From Candidatus Poribacteria bacterium (GTDB lineage Bacteria; Poribacteria; WGA-4E; UBA9662), in contig JAYGDX010000279.1 of assembly GCA_046582655.1 (NCBI GenBank), forward strand, positions 1 to 64,000: a DNA stretch of 64,000 nt. Direction: 5' to 3'. How positions within the stretch are numbered: position 1 is the stretch's first letter; each line of letters starts with the position of its first letter. Made by a program: the position numbers and the translations under genes. Below the pieces are notes generated by a model. It had not been told where the DNA came from. It made no database searches and saw nothing but the letters and a program-made list of their open reading frames with translations. This document shows positions 20,137 to 31,674 of the stretch, piece by piece.

Positions 20137-21174
20137 ATGTACAAATGTGCTTTTTTAGGATGTGGCGGGCGCGCGCGAGGTCACGCGCAGGCTTACCAAC
20201 ATGTTAAAGGTGGTGAAATTGTTGCTATCTGCGACATGAATGAAGAATTGCTTAATTCTTTTGGAGATGATTTCAAGATTGAGAATCGGTATACTGACAT
20301 CCACCAGATGCTGGATCGGGAATGTCCGGATTTGTTGCATATTGTCACCGCTCCAATATTACGTTCAACTGGCGAACCAATCCGTCACTCCTTGATGAGC
20401 ATTGCCTCAGAACATGAGGTGCCCGCAGCAATCGTTGAAAAACCGATTGCTGTTCAATCGGAAGATTGGCGTAATTTAATGGATCTCTGTCAAAATACCC
20501 AGACAAAGTTTGTAGTTAATACGCAACTTAATTTTCATCCGCGTAATTTGGAACTTAAGCGTAATGTTAATAATGGACAAATTGGAGATATCAAGTTCAT
20601 CGATGCCAGTGCTAGATCAACACCGTTAGATCAAGGTCCTCACGTACTGCAGCTAGTTTCTTCCTATATTGATAATTCGCAACCTGTAAAGGTCTTCGGG
20701 CAAGTGTCAGGCGGTGATCACCTAGGGGGGGCACAGCCTTCTCCGGGGAATGCTGCAGCCTCTGTCATGTACGAAAATGGGGTTCGAGCCTCAGTTGCGT
20801 TTGGTACCGAAGGAGCAGCAAAAATCAACGATAGTGATTCTGTTTTTTATCATAAACGCGTTGCTGTCTTCGGTACGCGCGGTTTTACGCATTGGCAGAT
20901 GGCAGGTTGGGAACGCAGTACCCCGGAGGGCGGATATGAAAGTGGATTGCACAGTTATGGTGAACAGGATCTTCTAGGGCAGGCAGGACTTACCGAAGCG
21001 GTGTTCGCATGGCTTGATGATGAGGATCAGGTTCATCCAACCCATCTGGCTCAATCTTTAGCGGAATTTAACCTGCTCATGGGGATTTACGCTAGTGCGT
21101 TGAGGCATGAACCAATTCAACTGCCATTTGAGCCTCCCGACGGTTTGATGGACTCTCTGAAAAAAATTCTTTAA
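20137..21174 (+). CDS. Gfo/Idh/MocA family oxidoreductase
   Basis: GCGGRA Rossmann motif, VEKPIA, DQGPH. Confidence 0.88.
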   Translation: MYKCAFLGCGGRARGHAQAYQHVKGGEIVAICDMNEELLNSFGDDFKIENRYTDIHQMLDRECPDLLHIVTAPILRSTGEPIRHSLMSIASEHEVPAAIVEKPIAVQSEDWRNLMDLCQNTQTKFVVNTQLNFHPRNLELKRNVNNGQIGDIKFIDASARSTPLDQGPHVLQLVSSYIDNSQPVKVFGQVSGGDHLGGAQPSPGNAAASVMYENGVRASVAFGTEGAAKINDSDSVFYHKRVAVFGTRGFTHWQMAGWERSTPEGGYESGLHSYGEQDLLGQAGLTEAVFAWLDDEDQVHPTHLAQSLAEFNLLMGIYASALRHEPIQLPFEPPDGLMDSLKKIL

Positions 21175-21187
21175 GAACAATAACACT

Positions 21188-21904
21188 GTGCGATTGACAG
21201 AACAACAGATTAATCAATACAATGCATTTGGTTTCGTTGTTATTTGTGGTGTGTTTGAATCATTGGCTGTTGGTATGATTGAACACTATATGAAAATGCG
21301 GGCTGAGGGACCGAAACCTGGTGATACTGGCGGAACAATGGATGTTCCTAACGATCCCAATCACGAGTTTCCACGCATGATCAATATGCACGATTGGGAT
21401 CAATCAACACAATATTGGGCAACTGCATCAGACCTCATTCATATAGCTGGAGAGCTAATAGATGATAAACCGGTTCTTTGTCAGACGATGCTCTACTTTA
21501 AACCTCCGGGAGGTCGTGGCCAAGCACTTCACCAAGACCAGCAATATATTACGATTGATCCCCTGATAGGTGTTTGGGTCGCGCTAGATGAATCTGATCA
21601 ATCTGTTGGTCAAATGATTGTCATCCCAAAGTCACATCAGTATGGATTGCTTGAGGTGGAACCAGCCGATACATCCGTCTCTTTTACCAATGTTCAATCA
21701 GTTATACCTCAAGATGCCGAACAAGTTGGTTTGGATATGGAGCCGGGGGATGTGCTGTTTTTCGATGGCAAGATGATCCATGGTTCTTACCGGAATGCTA
21801 CCACAGACCGATGGAGGCGGAGTTTCATCTGTCACTACATTGGTGAAAACAGTCAAAGCTTTGTCGCGTCTCAGGATAAACATGTATCACACTTGAAAGC
21901 CTGA
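21188..21904 (+). CDS. Phytanoyl-CoA dioxygenase (PhyH) family Fe(II)/2OG oxygenase
   Basis: KPPG…LHQD, WVALD, IPKSH, PGDVLFFDG…IHGS…RR. Confidence 0.9.
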   Translation: MRLTEQQINQYNAFGFVVICGVFESLAVGMIEHYMKMRAEGPKPGDTGGTMDVPNDPNHEFPRMINMHDWDQSTQYWATASDLIHIAGELIDDKPVLCQTMLYFKPPGGRGQALHQDQQYITIDPLIGVWVALDESDQSVGQMIVIPKSHQYGLLEVEPADTSVSFTNVQSVIPQDAEQVGLDMEPGDVLFFDGKMIHGSYRNATTDRWRRSFICHYIGENSQSFVASQDKHVSHLKA

Positions 21905-22008
21905 AGTTATTTAAGCTTTTACATATGTAGTGTTTGGTGGTTTAGGCCTTACTAAGGTACCGTTTTCTAATACGCAAAGATCTCAACTGTGTTAAACAAG
22001 GTTAGTTT

Positions 22009-23907
22009 ATGGATACGCTGATAGTAGCTGTACTGAGCTTTGCTGGTTTTATTGTTGCTTATTATACCTATGGTCGATGGATCGCTAACAAGATTTTTGG
22101 GCTTGAGGATCAAGCTGTCCCTCCGAGTCGAGAGTTGCAGGATGGTATCGATTATGTGCCAACTAAGAGAGGGGTTGTTTTCGGTCACCATTTCACCAGT
22201 ATTGCTGGTACTGGACCGATTGTTGGACCGGCAATTGCCGTGTTTTGGGGATGGTTGCCAGCGTTGCTTTGGGTCGTTCTGGGATCAATCTTTATTGGCG
22301 CGGTTCATGATTTTGGTGCCTTAGTAGTTTCATTGAGAAATCGTGGTCAGACGCTTGGTGAGGTGGCTGGTCGAATGATCACCCCCCGCGCAAAAATGTT
22401 ATTTCTATTGATTTTGCTGTTGTCGCTAACTGTGGTGTTAGCAATTTTCGGCTTGGTGATTGCTGTTATTTTTGCTCTTTATCCTGAATCAGTATTATCC
22501 GTTTTAATCGAAATCCCGTTGGCCATTGCCATCGGCTTCTGGATCCATCGTGCTGGAAAAAGTCTCTTGATACCATCACTGATCGCACTTGGTGTGATGT
22601 ATGCTGCCATGTATGTAGGTGCCTATCACTTTCAGATTGATCTTGGAGCATGGTTTAAGATCCCCTTATTTGGTGATACTTTGGCGAGCGTGGTTGTTGT
22701 CTGGACTTTGGTTTTGTTTGTTTACTGTTTTATCGCATCGGTGTTGCCAGTTTGGATTTTGCTGCAACCTCGTGACTACATTAATAGCCATGAATTGATT
22801 GTCGCACTGCTATTACTTGTTGTAGGATTGGCATTTGCCGGGATCACTGGTCATGCTGATCTTATCGGATCCACACCAGCCATTGCCAGCGATATACCAC
22901 CTGATGCTCCACCTATCATGCCGTTTCTTTTTATCACTATTGCCTGTGGGGCAATTAGTGGTTTTCATTGTTTAGTTAGTTCGGGAACTTCAAGTAAGCA
23001 GGTTCAGTCTGAAGGGGACGCTCAGTATATTGGCTATGGTGCGATGTTGCTTGAAGGTGGGTTGGCAACAATTGTGATTTTGTCCTGCTGTGCCGGAATC
23101 GGTATGGGGCTTTTTACCCGGATTAACACGGACGAAGGATCTTATTTCTATCAGGAAACTGTTAGTCGGGAAACTGGCCAGCATATAAGAGGTCGTGAAG
23201 CTTGGATGATGCGTTATTCATCCCGAATTGAGATGATCGAAAACCCTGATGGTACAATCAGAAAAGTGGGTGGCTGGGCTAATCACGGACTGGGACAGAA
23301 AGTGGGTGCTTTCATTGACGGTGGGGGGAATTTCTTAACTAGTGTGGGAATTCCGCTTAAAATGAGTATCGTAATTATGGCAGTTTTAGTAGCTAGTTTT
23401 GCCGCTACTACGCTTGATTCGGCAACTCGGCTTCAGCGATATGTCATCCAAGAAATTGGGTTGTCACTGCAAGTTCAGCTATTAGGTAACCGCTATATTG
23501 CAACAGCAGTTGCTTTAATCTTGGGAGGCATTGTGGCTCTTCTTCCTGGTCCGAAAGGGCTTGGTAGTGGTGGTTTAATTCTCTGGCCTCTTTTTGGTGC
23601 AACAAACCAACTTCTGGCCGGCCTTGCCTTTATGGTCATCGTTTTTTATTTAATTCGTCGAAACAAGCCAATTTGGTTTGCAGTGGTGCCGATGATATTA
23701 ATGATCATCATGCCGGCATGGGCAATGATGTGGAATATGTTCGCTCCGGACACGGGTTGGTATTTTACCGGGAATTATCTGTTACTGGGGGTTGGAATAA
23801 GTATTCAGGCTTTGCAAATATGGATGATTATTGAAGGTTTAATCGCATTGCAAACGGCACGTGGGAACTATCCTGAACTTCCACCAATCGTTGATCTCGC
23901 TAGATAA
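22009..23907 (+). CDS. cstA: Carbon starvation protein A family transporter
   Basis: FGHHFTSIAGTGPIVGP, LLQPRDYIN, FITIACGAISGFH, WPLFGATNQLLA. Confidence 0.93.
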   Translation: MDTLIVAVLSFAGFIVAYYTYGRWIANKIFGLEDQAVPPSRELQDGIDYVPTKRGVVFGHHFTSIAGTGPIVGPAIAVFWGWLPALLWVVLGSIFIGAVHDFGALVVSLRNRGQTLGEVAGRMITPRAKMLFLLILLLSLTVVLAIFGLVIAVIFALYPESVLSVLIEIPLAIAIGFWIHRAGKSLLIPSLIALGVMYAAMYVGAYHFQIDLGAWFKIPLFGDTLASVVVVWTLVLFVYCFIASVLPVWILLQPRDYINSHELIVALLLLVVGLAFAGITGHADLIGSTPAIASDIPPDAPPIMPFLFITIACGAISGFHCLVSSGTSSKQVQSEGDAQYIGYGAMLLEGGLATIVILSCCAGIGMGLFTRINTDEGSYFYQETVSRETGQHIRGREAWMMRYSSRIEMIENPDGTIRKVGGWANHGLGQKVGAFIDGGGNFLTSVGIPLKMSIVIMAVLVASFAATTLDSATRLQRYVIQEIGLSLQVQLLGNRYIATAVALILGGIVALLPGPKGLGSGGLILWPLFGATNQLLAGLAFMVIVFYLIRRNKPIWFAVVPMILMIIMPAWAMMWNMFAPDTGWYFTGNYLLLGVGISIQALQIWMIIEGLIALQTARGNYPELPPIVDLAR

Positions 23908-24060
23908 CGAAAGCTCCAACTGCCGTTTTAGTCGGAGTTGGGTCTTGAACCCAGATTGATTGTCATAAAGTTGACCATCAGTACCAGGCTCTTTTCTGAT
24001 TGACATAGTAATTAGCCCAATGATAGAATCTGCAGGTTGTTCATACTTTCCTGAGGAGAG

Positions 24061-25041
24061 TTGCGATTGAAAGCCGCTCAAATTGTTGGTCATCGCAAAT
24101 TTGATATTGTTGATGTAGATACTCCTGATATATCATCTGATCCACAAGGGACAGTTCTCATTAAATCATATCAAAGTGCCATTTGTGGAAGTGATATGCC
24201 CCACTTTGACCTGAAGCATCCTGAGGAGTCCTACCCGTTATCACTGGGACTATCTATCCACGAATGTGTCGGAACAATCGCGGATAGCAGTTCTAACCAT
24301 TTTGATACAGGTGATATGGTACTTTCAATTCCTCGTAAATTTGGTCTTTCAGAGTATTTTGTCTCTAATGAAAGTGTGACAATCCCGCTTCCAGATAAGT
24401 CGGTGTATAGTTATGAAACAGATCATATCTTGATGTCACAACCACTTGGCACAGTAATATGGGCCTGTAGAAAACTTGGCAATCTGTTACATCAGGACAC
24501 AGTTATTGTCGGTCAAGGTCCTATGGGATTATTATTTTCGCACATGCTGAGCAATCTGGGTGTGAGTACTGTAATTGCAATTGATCAACTGGATTACCGA
24601 TTGTCAATTTCCAAGCAAATGCGAGCAACCTATGTAGTTAATTCTAAAACGGAAAATCCCGTTGAAATTGTCAAAGAGATTACCAATGGCAAAATGGCAG
24701 ATCTGGTTGTAGAGATGGTGGGTCATCAAACAGAAACAATTAATGATTGCTTGGATCTTGTAAAGCGAGGTGGTACAATCCTTGCCTTTGGCGTGCCGGA
24801 CGATAATAACTACAATTTCAGATATGGAGATTTTTTTAGACGAAACATCCATCTAATAAGCACTGTAGGACCGGAAGAGCTAAAGGATTATCCTTTAGCA
24901 ATGGATTTCATTGTTCAAGGGCGAATCAATGTCGCACCAATTATTACACACCATCTGCCGTTTTCTGAAGTCCAGCGTGGATTTGACCTGTTTTCTTATC
25001 GGCAGGATGAAGCAGTTAAGGTTGTTTTTGATTTTGACTAA
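24061..25041 (+). CDS. Zinc-dependent alcohol/sugar dehydrogenase (MDR family)
   Basis: ICGSD, HECVG, GQGPMG; TTG start after GGAG. Confidence 0.88.
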   Translation: MRLKAAQIVGHRKFDIVDVDTPDISSDPQGTVLIKSYQSAICGSDMPHFDLKHPEESYPLSLGLSIHECVGTIADSSSNHFDTGDMVLSIPRKFGLSEYFVSNESVTIPLPDKSVYSYETDHILMSQPLGTVIWACRKLGNLLHQDTVIVGQGPMGLLFSHMLSNLGVSTVIAIDQLDYRLSISKQMRATYVVNSKTENPVEIVKEITNGKMADLVVEMVGHQTETINDCLDLVKRGGTILAFGVPDDNNYNFRYGDFFRRNIHLISTVGPEELKDYPLAMDFIVQGRINVAPIITHHLPFSEVQRGFDLFSYRQDEAVKVVFDFD

Positions 25042-25070
25042 AAATGTAGAGTAGAGGGATAAGCGGTAGA

Positions 25071-25427
25071 ATGGGAAAAGAAATTTTAAGAGGATTGGTG
25101 CTGTGGGTGAGATGTCTTATTTGGGCGGTTGTTCTTGCAATTCCTTTCGTTTGGGTCTGGCAAGCCCATCCGGGACCGGGACAAGAACTGGGACCACTGT
25201 GGGAGTGGTTGGAAGCTGATTCGTCCGTACAAGGTTATGCGAAGATCATTGTAGTTGTCATTGGGTTAGTCTGGTTTGTTTCTGGGGTGATTTTTCTAGT
25301 AGGTTCATTTTTGAAGGCCACGATTGATTTAAATCTGGATACCGCAGAAGAAGCATTGATAGAGGAAAGCGACCACGCAGAGCACGCACGCGAACAATTA
25401 ATTATGCAGGAGAAAATCACAGATTAG
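25071..25427 (+). CDS. Hypothetical two-TM membrane protein
   Basis: Two hydrophobic segments; follows the dehydrogenase on the same strand. Confidence 0.65.
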   Translation: MGKEILRGLVLWVRCLIWAVVLAIPFVWVWQAHPGPGQELGPLWEWLEADSSVQGYAKIIVVVIGLVWFVSGVIFLVGSFLKATIDLNLDTAEEALIEESDHAEHAREQLIMQEKITD

Positions 25428-25569
25428 TTTTCCTCGCCTGTTTCTATCTTTCACTTCGAATTAAAGTGTAGTTAGTTTCTTTGTCAAAACACTTTTTCTG
25501 GAAGTTATGTTCTTCTTCATCGAAGCACCTCTATAAACGTTGTTTAGTGCCTTTACCATTCCTTTGATA

Positions 25570-28500
25570 TTAGAAGGCCAGTTTGAAGTTATGCTGACCA
25601 GTTAGTACCATAAACTCAACAAAGTCATTTGTGAAGGGGAAATCAACCTCCTGCCCATTTATGGTTAGATCTATTGGACGTTGTTTGTTTGGCAACATCA
25701 GACGCGTGTAGCGAGCCTCGCCGTTTCCGGAACCAGTTACATTTCTCGTCTTGATGTTTACTCGCACTGAAGTTGGTCCTCCTGAATCGTTCTCAAGCAC
25801 TAGGCCATCGAGCTGTGGGCTTTCCCGCCGTCTGTGGAGAGCAACGTTATTGATCTCGTATGCCCATCCCTGCGTAATACACCGACTTTCCCCTGGAACG
25901 TTGCGTCTGCCTCCTGAACGTTTACTGGTTGATTTGACAGCACCACATAATGTGTCCAGGTATTAGTTCGAATACATGTTCCTGATATTCCCCAGGCTTT
26001 AACCTCAGGTTGTTTCTCATTTCTAAGCCGAGGATAGAGAAGTACCATATAGTTACCTCCAGAATTTTGTTGTAACTGATAGAGCTTTTGCCGATAGAAG
26101 CCGTAAACGCTCTCAGTAGGTCCGTATGCCCCTGTTACAATATCTTGTCAGGTATTAGGGAATAGACATCTAGATTAACGTCATACTTTCCTTTGAAGTG
26201 TGCCTCTATGGTGTTATTGCCCAACTCCATAGACTCCGCCAGACACCAGATATTCCAGTCTGAAGGAAGTTCTGTGTCAATGTTGTCTTGGAAAAGGAAG
26301 TAATTCGGTTTCTCAGGGTTTTGGTCTTTGACAAATAGCATTCGACGTTGCCACGTGATGGGGTCTACGTCTCTGATTTCTGGTTTGTAGTACCTTCCTT
26401 AAACTTGCGAGGGCTAGAGAGCACCAATCTTCCTGCGCCTTCAACAGGCAACAGTTTGGGGAAACGGGCTAGCGGATTGGAGGTCCATTCACCAGCAATT
26501 AGGTCGGCATCAGCAAGACTTACCCATTCCCGCATGTGGCCAGTGTTACTAGGCCATTCGTTTAGACTCATCGAAGGTGGGTCGATTTGCCATCCACCGT
26601 TGCATGGTTGCATTAGGAAAGCCATTATGTTGCCCTACATCCCAAGAGCGGATGCCAAAAACAAGACAAAGTGGTTTCCCCTTAGTGTGGAGATGAAAAC
26701 CACCTTCAGCATTGTACCATCCTGGCTTGCCGAGTTGCATAGCCATAAAGGTTTCTCTATCTGTTCCAACACCACTACGCATGACAGCCCCCATTGTTTG
26801 AAATAGGAACTGGAGAGGAATTCAGGTCTTGAGGTGGGCAGATGGGGATTGATCCAGCCGAGGCTCATCCAGCCGTAGTCGGAGCGATCACTAATCTTCA
26901 TACCCACAGGCATTCCCGCACGTTTCCAGTAATACTGCATTCGTTCTGAAAAATTGGGATGGCTCTCCTTCATCATGTATGCAGCAATCCTCCATACGGC
27001 CGAACGGTTCCAAGTTGCTTGCCCATTGCCCGAAAGGCGCAATATATCCGGCATTGCAATGTGGATCGGTAGGAGTCAGAAGTTGTCCATAGAAATCTAG
27101 GCCATATTTGTATCGTAGATCGTCAAAGACATTATGGAATCCTGCGGTTTTCAAGAACACCCCTGCTTGCGTGATCATGTCAAGGGTCAGATGGCCATAC
27201 CATTCGTCCTGTGTGGTATCTGGCAGATGATGGTTGCTTTCCAAAGACACATTAATTCCTTTGATGGCGCTCTTTGCCCATTCTTCAGCCATTGGATGGG
27301 TTTTCAGCAAGCAGCCAATCTTTCCCAGCGTCGTGTACACACCTAGTGTCATGTTCGTGTTTCCCATATTATAGCCGCGTTCCACCGGCCAGAAGGCATC
27401 ATGGGAATACAGATACCCCAAAAATGCAAGTTGAGACAGTATTTTTTGTTTTCCTTCTGTGAAATGGCACGCCCACCAAGCACGCAGTCAACTTCTCTCA
27501 GGATCATTGGGATTGCCCCGACCGTTAGGGTATATCCCCTGTCATCGCTGGTTCCAAAGCCTTTGAGCGTTTGATGAATGTGATGATCCAATTTGTGTTG
27601 GACCAAGATGAGGAGATCCTGCAGGTAGGATTCATCACCTGTAACAAGATAGATATTATCCAGACCACGCGGGTAGGTTTTGAACTCGTGGTAAAAGGGG
27701 AAATTCGGATCGTTGCTGGCGCGGTAGTCGTTCCAACGTTTTAGAAGCCATTTGGTGTTCTCGCTGACTACCTCGAGTTCAGCAAGACATTCGCGAACTT
27801 CGTCCAATTTTTCTGTGCTCTTATAGATATGTGGAAACGAGAGGTTTCCCTGTTCCCAATTAAGAATCCAATCCTTAACATCGTTTAGTGACACCACACC
27901 ATACTTATTGTTGGGCAATCTGAGGAGGCCGAACGTATCGTTTCCCCAATTGTTCTTGGTCAGGATCCGCTGGCAACGGCACGACATTCCCAGCCTGCTC
28001 CACGTAGAGCGCCCAGCGTCGCGCACCGCCATTGATGGGGAAAACGCAATACGGCTTTCCTTCCGAATCGCTTTCCAAAACTGGCACGTTTTCCTGTGGT
28101 CGCAGCCAGTTCCCCGGACGAAAAGCAAGAACACCAACAAACAGGCCTATGTTGCTATGATGGTATACTCCAGCCCAATGGGAAGCATTCAGCCACCATT
28201 CACCGCAGTGGGATGGATAGAGAGTAATCAGAGGTTCGTCAGGTATTATAGGGAAAGTACGCCTAGGTTCGTTAGGCACAGAGGTTCTTTCCCAGACTTG
28301 CTGCATCGGGTTCCAGGCAACTCGATTAGGCATCCATCTCTCACCATGCAAAGACAAAGTCCAGAAACTGCCTTTCTCCCGCATTTTCTGTCCAAAAACC
28401 TTCTTAGTATAGTTCCCGGCGGGAGTTCCTTCCGGAGTTACGCTAACAAGAAACGTAGCCTGCTCGTTTAAATCCATGGAGTCTGTGACCAACACGACTT

Positions 28501-29220
28501 CCTGACCTGCCAAGGTCTCCAATTCCACCATGTAGCTGCCTTGGTCTCCAAAAGTATATGTCAGTTTGGCCGTTAACAAAAACTGGGCCACGTTGCGTAA
28601 TTCTGCCTTTGAAGGCCGTCACTTGATATGGGGAGTGTATCTGCGCTGTTCCATACCCATTCTGGCCCCACCGACTTAAACGCCATAATAGGCGTGGGAA
28701 CTTCCTCTGGTTTCCTGCCTGTTGAGTCTTCCCACTGGCCTATTGGGACCCTGACTGCAAGACCACTCGTGCCTAGTTCGGCTATAGAATCATCGATGAA
28801 GTTCACAAAGATGTCAGCTTTGGAGTCTTCAGGCACACGTATAAGCGTCCAGTATCGGCGTACGTAAGCAGGGAGGTTGACGACGAAGTGGACGTATCCT
28901 TTATGGCTCTTTGGTTGTTCTGGCACGAACTGGGCAGCTAGCACTATGCCATCATCTTGGCGGACGGCAAGTGGTAAATTCACAAGTTCTGCTGGCAGTT
29001 CGCAATGGTATGAAATTCGTTCTGAATTCCAATCTTCACCCAAATGCTCTTCTAGTATCCATGTTATTTCTTTCATGGATTTATTTCCTTCTTTTACATC
29101 AATAGATTGTGTGTGCTCTAAGCAGAGGAAAAGCAAAGCTATCAAAGATATTTTCAGTGAATCTACTACGCCAATTTTTGTGGTTTTGAACATTCCTGTG
29201 CATCTCAAGTTGAAAGGCAA
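25570..29220 (-). pseudogene. Fragmented large glycan-active protein; C-terminal part heparinase II/III-like
   Basis: About ten overlapping or adjacent minus-strand ORF fragments in shifting frames; the segment LFVKDQ…NYFLFQD…SDWNIWCLAE…AHFKGKYDVNLDVY resembles heparinase II/III-like beta-sandwiches (by eye). Confidence 0.7.
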
Positions 29221-29525
29221 TAGAAACTTTTCTCAGGATCCGATCATACCAAAATCTATATGAGTTTTCCATCTACTCTCAATCACATTCTGTATCTACA
29301 AGCCGCCACCTTTACTTGTACTTGCTTTCTGTCATCAGGACACAAAAAACCGTGAGAGTTGAAATCGTAATGACGGTTTGCTAAATTATAACCTCAACAA
29401 TCTAAAGATTGAGAATCGTAAATACAAATAATAACATCAATTCCAAAATTATAATTGTTGACAACGCTGGTGGTATGAAAGCATATGTGCCAAGGTTCAG
29501 AGACAAACAACTATTTCCTAAGGAA

Positions 29526-29729
29526 ATGATACAAATAACACTGACTCAGGGGCAGCTAATTTTTTTTGATACCTACGGTTACTTGGTAATCCCTTAATTA
29601 TTTTCTCCGGCTGAAATTGAGAAAATAATTGAAGAATTTTACCGGTCAATTCAAAATTGTGGTGGTGGCAAGAATCATGGCGGCTCAAGCCGTACCATGT
29701 TCTTAGATCCCATTGAACATATTGTTTGA
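29526..29729 (+). pseudogene. Truncated PhyH-family dioxygenase N-terminal remnant
   Basis: MIQITLTQGQLIFFDTYGYLVIP*LFSPAEIEKIIEEF…; internal TAA at 29595-29597; SD TAAGGA; ends before the catalytic core. Confidence 0.7.
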
Positions 29730-29748
29730 AAGAGGGAGAGTTGAAGAC

Positions 29749-31608
29749 ATGACTTCGACAGAACGAACAGGGATAAAAACGATCATGGCTCAGGAGCGTA
29801 AGGTTCCACCCAGATGGGCCACGTGGCAACGCGAGTTGATCTCATTGATGAACCGGACAGCGACACTATTTGCTGATCGCTATACACGTTCGGACGGAAC
29901 TCTGAAGTGGCGTGAATCTTGGACGGGTATGGATGGCACTGATAACGGATACGAGATTTTTCTTCCTTATCCCCTCTTTTATCTTTTGGGAGGTGGTGAC
30001 CATGTCCATCAGTTGGCACAGAAGGAGTGGGATGCTATAACTTGGCAGTTCACCAGCTACGGTACTATAGACCGAGAGTTTGTTGGTTATTTTGACTGGT
30101 TCCATCACAGTGAAAGCTATACCTACCTCTTTTATTTAGGATTGGCTGATCCCTACCACTATATTAACTGGAAGCGGGCACTTAATTTCGCTGCTATGTA
30201 TATCGGAGAAGATCCGCTGGCTCCCAACTGGGACGCTGAACGAAAGATGATTCGTTCCCCAATCAATGGCAGTAAGGGACCAGCAACAAAACTGACTGCT
30301 GAGGACTGGACCAACCACCGCCCAGTTTTAGCTGAATATTTAGTTCCGTATGAAGATCTGCCCGGATTGAACACCACCGATCCATTTGTCAAAGTGGACT
30401 GGAACAACGATGAGACATTTGCTAAGGTGTTAAAACAAATCAACGAACGTATGGTTCAAGGTGATGTGCCCTTAAATTTGAGCGCTACCACCTTAGTTAC
30501 CCACGCCTATCTCTACACTGGTGAGGATAGATATAAGCAGTGGGTGCTGGACTATTTGCAGGCTTGGTCAGACCGCAGGAACCAGAACAATGGCATTATG
30601 CCAGACAACATCGGTCCGACTGGCAAAATTGGCGAGCTAATGAACGGCAAATGGTGGGGCGGATACTATGGCTGGCGTTGGCCGCACGGTGCCAAGAACA
30701 TCCTAGAGCCTGCGTTAGTGGCTGGATGCAATGCCGTCTTGCTCACCGGTGATTCCTCATGGTTGGATTTGCATCGTTCCCAAGTTGATTTAATCTGGTC
30801 TTTGCGCCGACAGGTGAACGGGCAACTTGAACTCCCAAACCGGCACGGTGATCAGGGTTGGTTTGACTACCAGAGGCTTGACCCACACCATTATATCTTG
30901 CATCACTGTATTCACCAATACTATATCAGCCAGAGCGAAGAGGATCTCGCACAGTTGAACAAGATTTTTCCAACGCGTGATGGATTTAATCAGTTGCGGG
31001 CAAACTGGCCAGCTTTCAAAGCAGGTATCTGTCCCCCAAACGCCTGGTTCGCCTTTACCGAAGGAGGAAACCCAGACTTTCCAGAAACCATCCTGCAAGA
31101 GACGTTCGATGGTGTTTACCAAGCTTTAGAGCGAATCGAGAAGGACGAGGCGGACCCCAACGACGTGATTTGTAACTATTACCATAGTTTGATTCCAGTC
31201 GTGCCTGAAGGGTTGATTCAAATGACTATGGGAACACCTGCAGCTGTTTACAACGGTGGGCTGCTTCATACTCGGGTCAGCTACTTTGATCCCCATCGAC
31301 ATCGCCCAGGTTTGCCTGAGCATGTGGCGGCTCTAGTCGATAAGATTACACTGGACAGCATCAATCTGACGTTGGTCAATACCGATCCGGTGGAGTGTCA
31401 TTCAGTATTGGTTCAGTCCGGTATGTTCAGGGAACATGAGTTTACTTGGGTCAGATCTCAAGGAGGGAATCAGGCAGATATTGACGGGCAAGTGTTTCAG
31501 GTGGATCTAGGACCGTCTGCTCAGGTGCGATTGGAGATCGGGATGAAACGGTTTGTTCATCAACCAGCCTATAGATTTCCTGATAAGTTTCATTCAATCG
31601 GTTCGTAG
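29749..31608 (+). CDS. Conserved hypothetical protein, probably an alpha/alpha-toroid (glycosidase/lyase-like) enzyme
   Basis: Long intact ORF with aromatic-rich motifs GMDGTDNGYE, DWFHHSE, PDNIGPTG, WWGGYYGWRWPHG; ATG 29749 after GGGAGAG. Confidence 0.75.
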   Translation: MTSTERTGIKTIMAQERKVPPRWATWQRELISLMNRTATLFADRYTRSDGTLKWRESWTGMDGTDNGYEIFLPYPLFYLLGGGDHVHQLAQKEWDAITWQFTSYGTIDREFVGYFDWFHHSESYTYLFYLGLADPYHYINWKRALNFAAMYIGEDPLAPNWDAERKMIRSPINGSKGPATKLTAEDWTNHRPVLAEYLVPYEDLPGLNTTDPFVKVDWNNDETFAKVLKQINERMVQGDVPLNLSATTLVTHAYLYTGEDRYKQWVLDYLQAWSDRRNQNNGIMPDNIGPTGKIGELMNGKWWGGYYGWRWPHGAKNILEPALVAGCNAVLLTGDSSWLDLHRSQVDLIWSLRRQVNGQLELPNRHGDQGWFDYQRLDPHHYILHHCIHQYYISQSEEDLAQLNKIFPTRDGFNQLRANWPAFKAGICPPNAWFAFTEGGNPDFPETILQETFDGVYQALERIEKDEADPNDVICNYYHSLIPVVPEGLIQMTMGTPAAVYNGGLLHTRVSYFDPHRHRPGLPEHVAALVDKITLDSINLTLVNTDPVECHSVLVQSGMFREHEFTWVRSQGGNQADIDGQVFQVDLGPSAQVRLEIGMKRFVHQPAYRFPDKFHSIGS

Positions 31609-31674
31609 TGGTTAGAATTCTTTGACAATCGGCCCCATACTATATAATCCTTTGGGTTTGTAGAAATGAAACAA

